Shown piece after piece: positions 36,801-45,119 of a stretch of 64,000 bases of DNA. The number at the start of each line of letters is the position of its first letter. Positions within the stretch are counted from its first letter, which is position 1. The notes below the pieces were generated by a model. It ran no database searches. It saw nothing but the letters and a program-made list of their open reading frames with translations, and was not told the DNA's origin. A program made the position numbers and the translations under genes. The DNA lies in contig OZ076409.1 of the NCBI GenBank assembly GCA_964187785.1, positions 64,978,001 to 65,042,000 on the forward strand. The letters are read 5' to 3'. This DNA comes from Amphiscolops sp. MND2022 (taxonomy: Eukaryota).

Positions 36801-36857
36801 GGAGATCTGGGTGGAATGTTGTTGAATGACGTCATTGCTCGTTTCCGATTGACTCAT
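889..36857 (-). CDS. SLC16/monocarboxylate-transporter-like MFS permease, spliced; exons 36857..36453, 20507..20144, 19311..19094, 18156..17920, 1091..889; further 3' exon(s) not located
   Basis: Five hydrophobic reading frames have GT/AG boundaries and compatible phases (0,1,0,0). Motifs: 'GWIVSTAWGLNAAFSPISGAFINK', 'LGVSFGMGSNLIY', 'GVGFSNG', and 'GPVIGGLIYDASGSYRLAF' (translated by hand from 1091..889, typical of the last helices of MCT-family proteins). The start codon is tentative. Confidence 0.85.
1469..3247 (-). repeat. 3' LTR (1779 bp)
   Basis: Direct repeat of 15815..17592. By eye it differs only by a G-run length (9 vs 8, at 2633..2641) and C2911 vs T17256. Confidence 0.97.
3159..3943 (-). 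CDS. Accessory ORF3 of the retrotransposon (~260 aa, unknown function), split by one frameshift at a 9-base homopolymer (3616..3624)
   Basis: Overlapping ORFs 3434..4021 and 3159..3632 join into one frame (MSKFNLSRKLFDLEG...CYAPPPKKAGK...CTSCMVCG...PGTLPIY*) if one base is added in the C9 run. Acidic N-terminus and a CxxCxxC motif. Confidence 0.6.
3944..4842. promoter_or_regulatory. Putative internal bidirectional promoter between ORF3 and the antisense cargo gene
   Basis: Non-coding gap between divergent ORFs with a CCAAT box (CCAATCAG 4310..4317), three AA(A/C)ATGGCG YY1-like motifs (4297, 4352, 4385) and TTATAAAT (4483). Confidence 0.4.
4843..9231 (+). CDS. Antisense spliced cargo gene, hAT-transposase-derived zinc-finger protein (~1273 aa); predicted exons 4843..4858, 5059..6998, 7085..7570, 7672..7806, 7918..7999, 8069..9231
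   Basis: Donors GTTGGT, GTAAGT, GTGAGT, GTTAGA and GTGAGT plus pyrimidine-rich YAG acceptors give one uninterrupted frame (phases 1,0,0,0,1). C2H2 finger WCHICKKNFSIKSKGPYEILRHHRTARH and hAT-like blocks downstream; AATAAA at 9427..9432. The first mini-exon is tentative (alternative ATG at 5007). Confidence 0.8.
9484..14697 (-). CDS. pol: Pol polyprotein (aspartic protease, reverse transcriptase, RNase H, integrase)
   Basis: LIDTGA (PR), YVDD (RT), TDAS (RNase H), HHCC zinc finger and D-D-E core (IDLL / TDKG / LER). The frame stays open upstream of the annotated start as far as the slippery site. Confidence 0.97.
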   Translation of the reverse strand, partial: KKLTSPRLQYNQLISVRQYIRSDPPTKTFHEYQQQLMGYPSVVWQQQMEKATIITYNNTHLLQKPIPVWDPDYTSAFTSRFRPIPLVDDYNPTYIDPDYGRDPYWDTELYNQDLLQFQYVIDDIELYNRSVHDNPPITHNKKTRALIETWQMNDGTSHPVFPNPLGTETSDKPEETIPQSLLDESQFQNILITREGEPDCIPLSTSINLKCKKRMLYFPMDFGELTIDGLIDTGALSSAIPEMDLRKIRLLSPQSVIREGPPPNFQIMVANGQLETPKSTIELKFEVGDIEFHEIFIVMEHLTGPIIGLMFLQRNHTVLDMRQGILNFPFFSMQLKTADHKYSNILEPILNPTEITIPPNDRVLIRTNSLLYPENTVTGILQPSDLLHEEGDITFCPALVSLNDGNIQIPVNNFTDHPYKLKKGLHIASFSVMTPEQMKYVKPVDPASTWHLLQNDQEQAAHYVSSLIKTNKNPQNTENYWFPTPENPGNPEEHTPIQKRILRELLALQELESLDPTKDEESRTKFLENFDWKDSTLTPDEKEKIERLLVEFHDIFARHRFDIGMNEEFKVKLTPKDDSPAYSQSLPAPINLKEDILVELAMLHKYGIITTLPFSKYASPIFAQKKPNGKLRLLVDLRKINNLISDDYINNNHPVSTLVDAAQHMAGKKLFCKLDCSQAYHCLPMADQRSIEMLAFNFASRTFAYRRLAQGLNRALSAFSSFMREYLDKVIKADQCAQYVDDIGIAANDADHLIANLRATFKCIQEAGLKLTMHKCHFGATEIDFLGRTITAQGVKPQRQNVQNFLEKTKFPKSKKALQRYLGFLNYYRNYVPRLSERLAPFYKMLKSDEKVLVSKELVQQFEEINRALDKCCDLALQQPIPNKQIALMTDASFGAAGYAVLIEDDPSQKFTSIRKSYAPVAYGSKTFTPAQIKMSIYAKEFLAIYFAFKEFGHIFWGAPKPVIILTDNKAVTRFFQTKIVPPALWNACDYVIQFNFVIAHIPGAQNTAADYLSRLEADPKDKLVMKIREDVQTLPIEINVQSAGVSQEEQIFYTNDDDETEEQYWARKETIRKNPVTEEPTITIQTLSTNLVKQQPEIQVRLRKTNQIIIEQSKDTVLQQLKAKLLHEEYSENILQQDARYRHYANNLERIVIKEDILTRQYFDETGNIKYHQILLPQHLLPELLQSLHGTAHKHPGISKMLQEIRQRYYYPNMAKHVKKWVQGCEQCAKDKRVPNATITPELLNLPEWDLGPEDAMQIDLLPNLPPSGGYENVLTAIDVFSRYLFAYPLTDASAINVAKAIIDIMTKHSYLPTTLITDKGTAFTSTIIAEITQILGITLKCATTKHPQTIGKLERTHASLKTNLKMACGEYRRQWHKYLPLAVLNHNTSYHASIGCEPTRVFHGRIPYNILDHKLGMNPNEQIHPTTEFAEEIQNRTKLLIDKTKQNIMQSYIKYKEYYDRKAKAAPLKEGDYCFVLQPKADHQGSKIPFRDYRWVGPFIVQKILPNENYIIRRLNTNKTQILHRIRLKKFIPNQPLEDNFREQRLQPDDEIIIPQDDLYVITWETNFGEQLATRGNEPIPASLTNGERPTTPETNVNDANENESDYVITTDYPNDVNDAVRSRTERMRNDVSNANEPGEANENENSDWPNPAVSTTDQEKPVPNTVERLKDDANFPEKNLMNENDAQNSPKKGDDIIVPEISQNDARKESLSPRGRKYNLRPNPNPNYSEDFRY
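14688..16400 (-). CDS. gag: Gag (570 aa from ATG of MPTTRKQ), two CCHC zinc knuckles; N-terminal ~195 codons lie within the 5' LTR
   Basis: Capsid-like region 'FDGKSEKFELFEDLF...'; knuckles CNYCKEKGHMVKDC and CGTCGKKNHPEERC. Confidence 0.93.
   Translation of the reverse strand: MPTTRKQKKARKSRGIEMLSDLENLDIMLGENHFNRNERDGSVSSNFGRRPGSTSADELGNSGENRHSVTRDIDPGNNANYGRNSIGGNSSAEINKLSSELNSRLSRELDDMMCSVNSQIQRAINDAISNQVLPQIQSALSAGSGHMTQNRWDIPSERPEINSEGLQNINPKDSSTSKHNHNHQNDGGINLNAYDMVTGDNESPNQVPEFLTGRILSRNHLDQSYEDINLNTTIPAQERPAPVAESDPITRLADVLTNMQNRPTAQQLTIRPVNSNTMTFDGKSEKFELFEDLFHTMIKMQPEMTEQMKITHFHSLLRKNALQTFRNINSTNRQTLEDVLVIFRRKYVKPESQATAKHKWHRLVFDPNTMKLPDFLEELNQGAEKAFGDHAQKMIDSLLYAKLPPKLKRSVNMARLENGSYDEIVAHLERELELNALEESDDLPMATMTSSSSKTKTPLSTNQMSNITCNYCKEKGHMVKDCEKLKKKKEKDAQQGKSTEKKTYPKCGTCGKKNHPEERCWQGAGAHLKPKRTRPEDSSDTDNDFKAPKPHNKPTSSNTQSSSNKDESKN
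14691..14697 (-). promoter_or_regulatory. -1 ribosomal frameshift slippery heptamer A AAA AAC
   Basis: Gag ends TCA AAA AAC TAA. The -1 frame opens just after a TGA at 14703..14701 and is continuous with pol. Confidence 0.85.
15803..15814 (-). promoter_or_regulatory. Primer-binding site TGGTGACAGGAG (tRNA-Leu-like)
   Basis: Starts with TGG directly after the 5' LTR's terminal CA and resembles the complement of tRNA-Leu 3' ends (TGGTGTCAGGAG). The tRNA identity is inferred. Confidence 0.75.
15815..17592 (-). repeat. 5' LTR (1778 bp)
   Basis: Direct repeat of 1469..3247. Minus-strand TATATA near 16525 and AATAAA near 16425 lie just upstream of the gag ATG. Confidence 0.97.
21052..22434. mobile_element. 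Non-autonomous TIR element (CCC...GGG ends, subterminal AAGATCTTG-type repeats)
   Basis: CCCAGTGTAAAAATTCTTGAAACTCTT at the left matches the reverse complement of AAGAGTTGCAAGAGTTTTTACACAGGG at the right; TT on both flanks. Confidence 0.65.
21379..22213. mobile_element. Nested non-autonomous TIR element (CCC...GGG ends, GATCTGCA-type repeats)
   Basis: TTTTCGATCTTTGCGAATCTGTGCAGATCTGCAGG is inverted at ~22172..22206; AA on both flanks. Confidence 0.7.
22842..23238 (+). mobile_element. DINE-1/Helentron-like non-autonomous repeat (head-to-head with a related inverted copy ending at ~22826)
   Basis: 5' ACAAG...AGTCGGCGCCATATC and 3' CTAGCCACTGTAAGAGTCGGG...CGCCGACTAA, shared with 33925..35420 and 48150..48850. 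Confidence 0.6.
23734..24424. mobile_element. Possible solo LTR or LTR fragment
   Basis: TGTAACGG...CCGTTACA inverted ends and internal AATAAA, but no matching TSD. Confidence 0.3.
24867..25657. mobile_element. Decayed TIR element with CATGATCTTG(C)CAAG subterminal repeat arrays
   Basis: Low-complexity arrays at ~24870..25050 and ~25485..25635; GGG terminus at the right end. Confidence 0.5.
25670..30400 (+). pseudogene. Decayed, internally deleted relative of the young Gypsy element
   Basis: Diverged direct repeats ~25670..26270 and ~29290..29870. Pol-tail remnants 'EFVLPQDDLYIISW' and 'GDTIVPELS' match the intact Pol ('EIIIPQDDLYVITW', 'GDDIIVPEIS'). Weak Gag-N-like remnant at ~30090..30270. 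Confidence 0.65.
28420..28850. repeat. Imperfect minisatellite (~80-90 bp units)
   Basis: Recurring GGATATAGCG...AAAACGCAAT...CGGATATAACGTCAAAA. Confidence 0.7.
30643..30934. repeat. Tandem duplication, 2 x 145 bp
   Basis: AGTCGAAGTTAGAACATACG...GACACCTCTCAAG repeated at 30643 and 30788 with about two mismatches. Confidence 0.95.
31689..32090. repeat. 402 bp spacerless palindrome
   Basis: 201 bp arms centred on GGGTTC|GAACCC (31889/31890); no mismatch seen by eye. Confidence 0.95.
33355..33749. mobile_element. hAT-type MITE
   Basis: TIRs TAGGTGTCGGCGGT / ACCGCCGACCCCTA, 8 bp TSD ATTGACAA (33347..33354, 33750..33757), subterminal TTCGG repeats. Confidence 0.88.
33925..35420 (+). mobile_element. 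Two head-to-tail DINE-1/Helentron-like elements with internal tandem repeats and a duplicated 3' end
   Basis: Heads ACAAGACG(A/G)GAACGTCTAAAGTCGGCGC at ~33925 and ~34768; internal GCCGAAAAA..GAAAGGGGGGACCCTTTG units; 3' end CTAGCCACTGTAATAGTCGGGC...GCGCCGACTAAAAA present twice. Confidence 0.7.
35737..36142. mobile_element. Tc1/mariner (pogo-like) MITE
   Basis: TIRs CCGTATATTCGGGCGTATAAGCCCC / GGGGCTTATACGCCGGAATATACGG flanked by TA. Confidence 0.85.
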
Positions 36858-38559
36858 TTCTGAAGCTGTTTTTGACAAAATTGAGACACCGAAAGTCTTG
36901 AGAACTTCTATTTCTCCTCCAGAACTTCAAAAAGGTTCGCGGTAAAACTTCGCTAGGGAATTAGAAAGTTGCACGGGGCTTCCGCCCCAACAAAGTTTAT
37001 TGCTATCAGATTGAAGGATTTAACCTACAAGTGAAGCCAAATTAGGAGAAAGTCTGATACATCAGCTGAGAAGAAGATAATGGAATCAGAGAAGAAGAAA
37101 AGAATGAATGCATTCTAGAAAACCAACTGAAACCCACGGACTGCTTGTTCAACAACTGAGGTTGACTCCACAATTTATAGAGCTAGACAAAGAAAGTGAA
37201 GCAAAGATGATGAGCAGAATTGTGAGTGTACTAAAAACCAACAAACCCAATTTGTTATCTGTTCACATCATCCTTATCTATCAAGTTCAATGTACCACTT
37301 TCGAAGGCTTGGACCTCAAACGTCAGTCAATGTAAATGCATGACATTCGAGACCGATTCATGACTAGGTTATTAAAGCCAAATAGTTTTTGAGGAACTAC
37401 TATTTAAAATGAAGCTTTAAAATGATTAAAGTCATAGAATATAAAAATGGTTTCATACCATTAGGCTCAAGACTGAAGGCACCTCGCAGAAAATGTGTGA
37501 GTTTCTCAAAGAGAGATGCTCTTTTCAATTTTGTCTACTTTATATCATGTGAGAACAGACTGAGATTTGAGGTGAGAACAAGTAGGCTGAAATAGCAAAT
37601 TTGGAAATCATAAATGTAAATGAAAAAATCAAAATGTAGAAAAACATTCTCGGCAACAAATTTATTTTCAAAAGTGACAGAAACAGCAAATTTTAACAAA
37701 GAGAAAGAGCGAGAAATGAATTTCTATTGAATAATTATTCTCACTAACGAAAGTTAAAATACTCATTTTATGTGCATAAAAATATTATAATAAAAGGAAT
37801 TGAATTTATCTGATGAATTTTACAAACAAAACAACAAACAAAATACAAAAAAAAACAAATTCAGCAGAAGAGACTTCCAGAGGCAAGAGTTTTAATGGAA
37901 GCCTCAAAACAATCAAACAGAAAATGAGACGTGTCTGAAAGATTTTTTTTATTTTTATATTTTTTCATAAATCCTATTTCTATTTTCCTGAAACAGTTCA
38001 GCCGTTAACGTGAAAAAAGTTAACGTGAGAAATACCTCAGTCAATTCCTTAAAACCACGAGGTCAAATCAATTGGGACAACCTTCAGTCCTATTCCTAAA
38101 CGCTTTGTCTACTACCAACGTAGTTTGTGGCAAGCAAATTCTCAAGTGAAGAGAAATAAACTCATGTAAGGTTTTCCATCTGAAATTGGCGTGGTGGGAC
38201 GTTATCTTCTCCTTAGTTAGTAGTATATGGAAGCAACCTCAACAATGTGAAAATCAAGAAAAGGAAGAAGACAAAACCGAAAATCATGAGAAAATCGGAA
38301 CTCGTGTCAATTGAATACCTCTAAGATCGAACCGCTTCCGCTCACCAGATGCCCGACCTTACTGGACCGCACAATGATCACGGGGCTCATAAATAAGAGC
38401 TCAAAGGAACACTAACTTGGGAGAAATTGCATCAGGGGCGGAAGCAATGTCGTTCTGCAGGGTAATCCACTTCCATTGCCCTCAAAGAACAGGAACTAAT
38501 CATAACATAACTGATGAAAACTAGTCATTTTAGAGTTCAATTACGAAATCAATCAGTTG

Positions 38560-40150
38560 GCGATTGCCTAAAATGAAACTATTAGCACTGTTCAAAAGCA
38601 TGTTGAGGTTTCGATACGTTGAAATTATAGCCTCTTCAATTTTTTCTCGAACATTACCCACACGAAATAATGATCAGTTATAGAGCATTCATAAATTCGA
38701 CTGGATGATACCTTGAGATTAGAGTATAATATGTTAAAGACACGTTTTTTATTCGCCTTGTTCTGTAACAGCGAGAGGACTACCTAAATATAGATTGGAG
38801 TTTTCTATTCTATGAGTTCCTGAGATCGTGTATTTTTCACGAGGAGGTCGACGTTAAAATCACGCATGAGAATTACATGCTTATTGGTTTTGTATAGGCC
38901 ATTTGTTCGAGAAGCCATTCGCAATATGCTCTTTTTGAAAACCGTTTTAACAGCGATATGAAACCATTATAATGAAATTGGTTGGCGAAACAACTTCAGC
39001 CAAAACAAACTCACCGGTTGTGTCTTTGAGATGAACTCTGTATTTGAGTTCTTTTGTCCAGAGGCAGACCGACACCACCTTTAGTTCCCAACTTCGACAA
39101 CAAGGGATGAAGTTTTGATATCCGGGAAGCTTGAAAAGGTTAGCCAGTTGATATTTCTCAAGCCAGGTTTCCGTGAAACCATTTGTTGTAGGTTTTAGCT
39201 TTTCCGACAAAAAACGCTTCTAAATCCACAAAATGTGATTCCAGTGACCGTATGTTTACATTCAAGAAAGTTATTTTAGTAAGGTTACACTCCTAATGTG
39301 ATCAAATGTTCACTGTCTGATGCAAATGAGTTCGAAAAGAAACAAGACTTCAATGGTTGCTAACGACTGTAGTTATTGAAACACTTTTGGACATCATTGA
39401 TGTTTATTGGAGTTGGCAGCCGCCATCATTAAGGCTGTCTATTAGGTAGATTTTAAAGTCTTTTTTGAACTCATAATTTATTACACCCTCCGAGTCCAAA
39501 CAGATTCTACTCTATCATCGTCTTTCATCATATTGATAAAACAGCTTCTCGGAACTGTGATGTCTTCAAAAATTTTGATGATTTCAAGTTCGAGTTTGTC
39601 ACGTGGAACTTTCATCTTCTTCAAAATATTGATTTTGGCCACTCTCCGACAAAAACTTACGATGATTGGCCGCTGAGTACGTTCATTGCGGGTTGGTACA
39701 CGATGGGCGATTGAAACATCATGATTGGTCACGCTGGCTTCGACTTTGCTGGCTAACGTTAGGACTTTTTGGATTATTACGTCAGAATCTGAAAATGCGG
39801 AGATTGTCTTTTCTGTTATAATTTTCTAGTCTTTCAGTTTCACACAGCATCTTCAACGCCGACTTAGTTTGGAACTTCTCCACTTCGGTCATCATGGCTT
39901 GGTGAATTTCTTCCTTGATATCTATAAGGGCAGCTCGAATTGATTTCTGAAAGGCTGTTTGGAAAGAGCTTTCTAAGTGCTGTATCACTTGTGCGAAAAT
40001 GCAATAAATGACTTCTCAAGGGCACGTTGTATTTGTTGAGCAAAATCAGGATTGTTGATCTCATTGATCGGGCTTAATTCAGAGCACAGTCTCGCTGAGA
40101 ATATATGGCGGACTTGCATCAGCTTTGTCTTCAGCGCCAAAATTAATGAC
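38560..40150 (-). pseudogene. Decayed LINE (CR1/L2-group) ORF1 and APE endonuclease fragments
   Basis: 'ENYNRKDNLRI' and 'DVSIAHRV...RPIIVSFCRR' (ORF1 RRM-like), and 'GFTETWL' (endonuclease); many stops and frameshifts. Confidence 0.75.
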
Positions 40151-41779
40151 ATCTGAACAGAAAAAGATATCAAACATGTTTAACGTCCAGAAAGAGACTA
40201 ACATATCAGAGCTGGGATAATCCCTAGGTTGCCTCAACAGGAAACCATGGCCTTAGTACAACTCTAAATATCAGTTTTTGCCCAAAAACAGTCTCCTAGC
40301 GGGCTTTTCTTATCGGCGAGAAGAATTCTCGATTAGAGCTCCGAGGCGACGTGCCAGCACACTCAAAGTCCGGACACGTCAAAAACGCATGTTAAAACAA
40401 TTCCAAAGGTTCGTGCGACTTCCTACATACTTTCGAGGTCAAAAAAGCAGTTATCTGAATTAGATTATTTTGGGTCCAAAAAGTGACAAAAACAGTAAAG
40501 CTAGCAGATCACACATCACAAGGGGTGTTGAAAAAATAATCGTAGGTCACAAAAATTGAAATAATAAAGAATACATCACATCCCAATTGACATGCAATTA
40601 CGTCCCAATGCAAATGACATAAATACAGATAACATGAAAATAAGTTAAATCCCAGAAAACATAAAACAACTAAACGCTTCTGATTGGTTGGAAATTGAAA
40701 AACAGCCTTGCGTTTTTTTCTCGCTTGGGCTGAATCATTGTTACAGCCAATATGTTAGAACTTGATTTGTTTGAAAAGTTTTGCATATTTGTTGTATGTA
40801 TCTTCGCTCCCTTCGCCAAGTAGCAACATTGAGGCATGGCCATATGCCCCAACGCTCCGCTAACTAGGGGTATGTGAACAAATCTGACTACGTTATAATA
40901 ATATTTTATTTCTATGTTGAATCGGAATTCAGTGTATTTTTATGTTTTCTGGGAATTATTTCATTTTTATGTTATTTGCAAACATGTCATTTGAGAAATC
41001 ACCAAAATAATGTTTACAATACTTGTTTTTCAGAACATTCTCAAATACCTAATTTTGTTGTGGTTTTTTAAATTTTGTTTTACAATAAGTACATTGTGTA
41101 CAAAGCCACACACAACCACGCCACGGCAATTGACCGTGACATTGATGATTATGTAGTCCCTTCTTTAATTAATCGCTACGCTATGCACACATGCGGCTGC
41201 GAACAACACAATAACAGCCAAGCAAGCACAAAGCATAAGTGCATCTCGAATGCCAATTATTTCCATTGATAAACGAACAATTGTGGGATGTTAATTTGAT
41301 CAACAAATTGATTTGGTTGATTTTTCAAACAATCTTTTCATAGACCTAATAATTGCAATTACTGCAATTATTGTTTTAACAAAAATCAGAATAACAGTAT
41401 GTTGTTTTATGTCTCACAAAAGTATTGCAATACAATTTTTAACACCGCTGCACACCGTCAAATACTTCTTGAAAACCCTAGCAAAACAAAAATATTGAGC
41501 CGACACAACATTTGGAACACTCTCAGCGAGTTTTGTGTCACTTATACAGTTTGTACGGAAATTCCGTTCTTCTGTTCTCCGAGGTTATCTGCATTTTTTT
41601 CTGGGCTCAAGCGAGTACACACTGAGGCTGTATTTCACATTCGGAAAAAAATATGAGACATGTAGTGAGCTCCCTTTATCTGCTGTACCGCCTCGTTGAC
41701 TGAATTTGGTCACATGCCAGGTCCGTCATGTCACAATTCCATTGCTTCGATCAAGCACGACCAAAATGGCGGACGTTAC

Positions 41780-43900
41780 ATCCTTCACGGGCTGTGGTTT
41801 GCTGTTTTCGGCAAACAAGAGAAGATGCAGATAAAAAGGATTTCATCATGATAGCAACGAATGTGAAACTTTAGCATCATTTAGAAAATATTCGCACCAA
41901 ACGTGTAGAATTTTCTCGTGTCTATTTCTCTATTGTTGCGATCCCGCCGAATGACGAGTGTTCAGAGGGTCCTGTGCGACCACTTCAGTTCCACATTCAG
42001 TCCAATCCGGGAGTTTACCTACGCAATAGGCTCCGGTATTGTCGGGTCTAGTGAAAATTGCTTAGTGTGTTTGTGACTAACGGGTTGGATAGCAAAAGTG
42101 TCGGCGTTCCCGCTAAAGAAGATAAAAGGATTGCGTGCAGGTTTTTTCGGGGGACTTCTTCCTGATGTGAAAACATTGGTTCAAGGTCCTCCATGTCGGA
42201 AAACTCCAAGGGTTGATGGTGTTCTGTAATTGGCCAGTGTTCGGTCTTTTCATTGTCTGACTCAGAAAGGGACTGGTTTCCAAAATGGCTTATTCGCTTA
42301 CATGGGATTTCTTGTTCTAAGGACGTCTGAGTTCGAACTTGTATTGTACGAGGAGGGACTGGCCTGGTTGGTTCTAGCTGGGATGATGCGCCGGCCGATA
42401 ATCTGGCAAGAAAGAGTCTAGCGATTTATCAGATGCTATCTTTTCATTGCTTCCTTCAACGTCAACGTATGAGTGTGCGATAATGGCTCTGTTTTGATCC
42501 AGACCAAAGGTTTGGTGCGCTGCCCAATGCCATGATGTCAGGACGTGTTTCTGCAGGCACTCGAATGAACTGTTTAGACTGTGTCCAATACATGAATTCG
42601 ACCGTTTTGCAAAATGTCTGTAATCAGTTGAGGTCCACGCCGAGCGCGAATGAGTTTGTGGGTACCAACTTTTTTTTTGATGTGACAAAATGCCGTTACA
42701 GCGAGTGCCCACAGCATGTGACCTTTCTGTTCAGTTGTTTGTCAAACTCCTGTTTCGGTCTCAGTTGCGCTCGATGTGTATTACAACGAACAAGTTTGTG
42801 AGTATTTTCACTAGCTAATAGGTACTAGATGACTTTTTCTCCTGAATAAGATTCTTGCGCTACAAACCCACGTTATATGAAAAAAAGTGGAATGGACTTT
42901 CCAGCTAAATACCGGATTATGTAATGTGAAAGTCCCGTGTCTCGTAGAATTGTATGCACCTAAGCCTAGGTCAAAATGCTCGTCACAATCTTGCTTCTGC
43001 AAAACGTGTGGACTATCAATATTTTTAGGAAGTAGGGTCCTGTGGTGTTGTTTAACTAAGCATTAATTTAGTTAATTCTCAGGTGAGCTAGGCTCGAAGT
43101 CTCTTTGGTGACCTGTGAAACCTTCTAGAAAACTTGTGCTGTTTCGGATGTGAAATTGGTTCCGGTATCGAACTGCTTTCCGGAAGGAGTGCTATGCATA
43201 GCCACCGTTTTGTTTCCAATGATCGTAGCCGTCTTTTAAACATCGTACTCTACATGAGCACACGAAATTGATTGCTTCAGCAAACGTTGTAAATTGATCA
43301 AAAATGACTAGCAAACGTGTGTTTCGAGATGTGATTTTTCAAGGCTTTGGTTGGTCAAATTGGACTAAGTCAGTAACGTTGCTACTGCTAAGGCCCTACT
43401 GCGGATTCAGTTGTTCCCAGCGAGATGTTTTGTCTGTTGAAAAGTCAAACAATGTTGAATCTGGTTAACAACATCTCGCTTGTTTCCTGGCTAGCGCTTA
43501 TTTCTTGGCTGGTTTCTAGTATCGTTGCTTGTAATATTCGTCCTCCCAGATGGCAAAATTCAACCCTACACAGAATCTATTTTCTCAGTTCATAATACAC
43601 AGTTCATAAATCACAGTTCATAAAGACATGCACAATCTCACTTGCATTGATCGCTTTTGAGTCACCTACTTGACACATACTTGTGAAGCCTTGAACGTCC
43701 CCAAGAAACAAGAGACACTCATTTTTCATTGTTCTTTAGCTTCTTTCTATAGTACCGGGAGATGAACATCTATATTTTGTGAAATGTGTATGTCTCGGAG
43801 TCCACACAAGATCATATCATGCCATGTAACTAAGTTGCTACTTGTCTGAGTACGTCGTCTTGTAGGCTAAAAATTGCTGTTTTTCAACAAACAGCTGAAT
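41780..43900 (-). pseudogene. Decayed Gypsy-type integrase region, possible 3' LTR start at ~41780
   Basis: 'DEHFDLGLGAYNSTRH' integrase-like fragment; purine-rich GAAGGA followed by TGTAAC on the minus strand at 41786..41775. Confidence 0.5.
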
Positions 43901-44054
43901 TCATTGGCGTATGAACAAATTAGACGGTATTTGTCGTCTCAACTATTCTGGATGTCTGTCGTAGGTGTTCGTCCTTTGTTTTACAACCTGACTTGATCCT
44001 GACAACCTGTATGTTTCGACTGACTATGAGGTAATAAAAGGGAATGTTTCAACA

Positions 44055-44350
44055 TTAACAAGGACATGTCAAAGGAAATGATTTTCTGCCGTATGAGCTC
44101 GTCAGCAGCACGTGTTGGTCGGGTGAAAAAGTTGTCATCTCATCTCTAGAACTTTGCGCGTGAAACAACCCGTTTAAAGAGGATCTTGTTGGCAAGGAAC
44201 TAGAAGGGAGTTTACAATGCACATCGATAGCTTCGTTACAGAGCTTCCATATAAAAGTGATGTCATCTCTAATCAGGCAGTGACATACTGGATGCATCTT
44301 GAGAGATTGAAGCCTGAAACATCTGATATGGAGAGCATTAAATTGTCCGG
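44055..44350 (-). pseudogene. LINE ORF2 C-terminal fragment
   Basis: 'LQSLKMHPVCHCLIRDDITFIWKL...TRSS' resembles the tail of CR1/L2-group ORF2. Confidence 0.45.
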
Positions 44351-45119
44351 CGAAAATTTTCATTTTGAAACAGATAGAATTAAGGGTACAGTCTATCGAA
44401 CTGGCACCGATAATAGCCACCATTAATAAATGTACGGTATGATTTTTATAGAAAATATAAAACACGAAATGTTAGTAAAATTAGAATAGATTAACTTTAT
44501 ACGGGTATTTTGGATATAGAACAACAGAACTGCCCAGAGATTCGAAAGTGGTGATCGTCCAACCTCAGTTGTCAGATGATTTTCCGTTCCAGGCTTCAGA
44601 GGTTCCCAGTGCATTCGCAAAAATCAAATCGATCCCTACTTTTCTGGAAATACTCAACAAGTTCACTATTGAGCCAAAAGACAGGAGGAAAAAACTAAGC
44701 TAAAAACTTTCTGAACCAATAACTTGTTACCGACTGTTATACTATGCACTCAATGTTTAAATGCCTCAGTATCCGCAGAAATATTCTCAGTGTCGTCTAC
44801 CCCAGACATGGTAGAAAAGTTGCCAGCCCTTCCAAACGGGGTCATTTGAAAAATGCGTTGCAAATTCATGAAAGGAAACCGCAGCAGGCGACGAGCGGTA
44901 TTTCTTGTTTATTGGGAGTTATCAAATTTGACAGAGCTGTAACTCTTTGAGACAAAGTTTGTCATCGTTGCTTATTTCACATGGCTTCGGGTTTAGTCGT
45001 GCCCTGACAAGCCTAATCGTTGTGACAAACTCAATAAAAACTGAGACATGCTTTCTACTAGAATGAGGGCTCGTTATACCTGATTGAAGATTCAGGAATA
45101 GAGCTGAGTGGCGCGGACA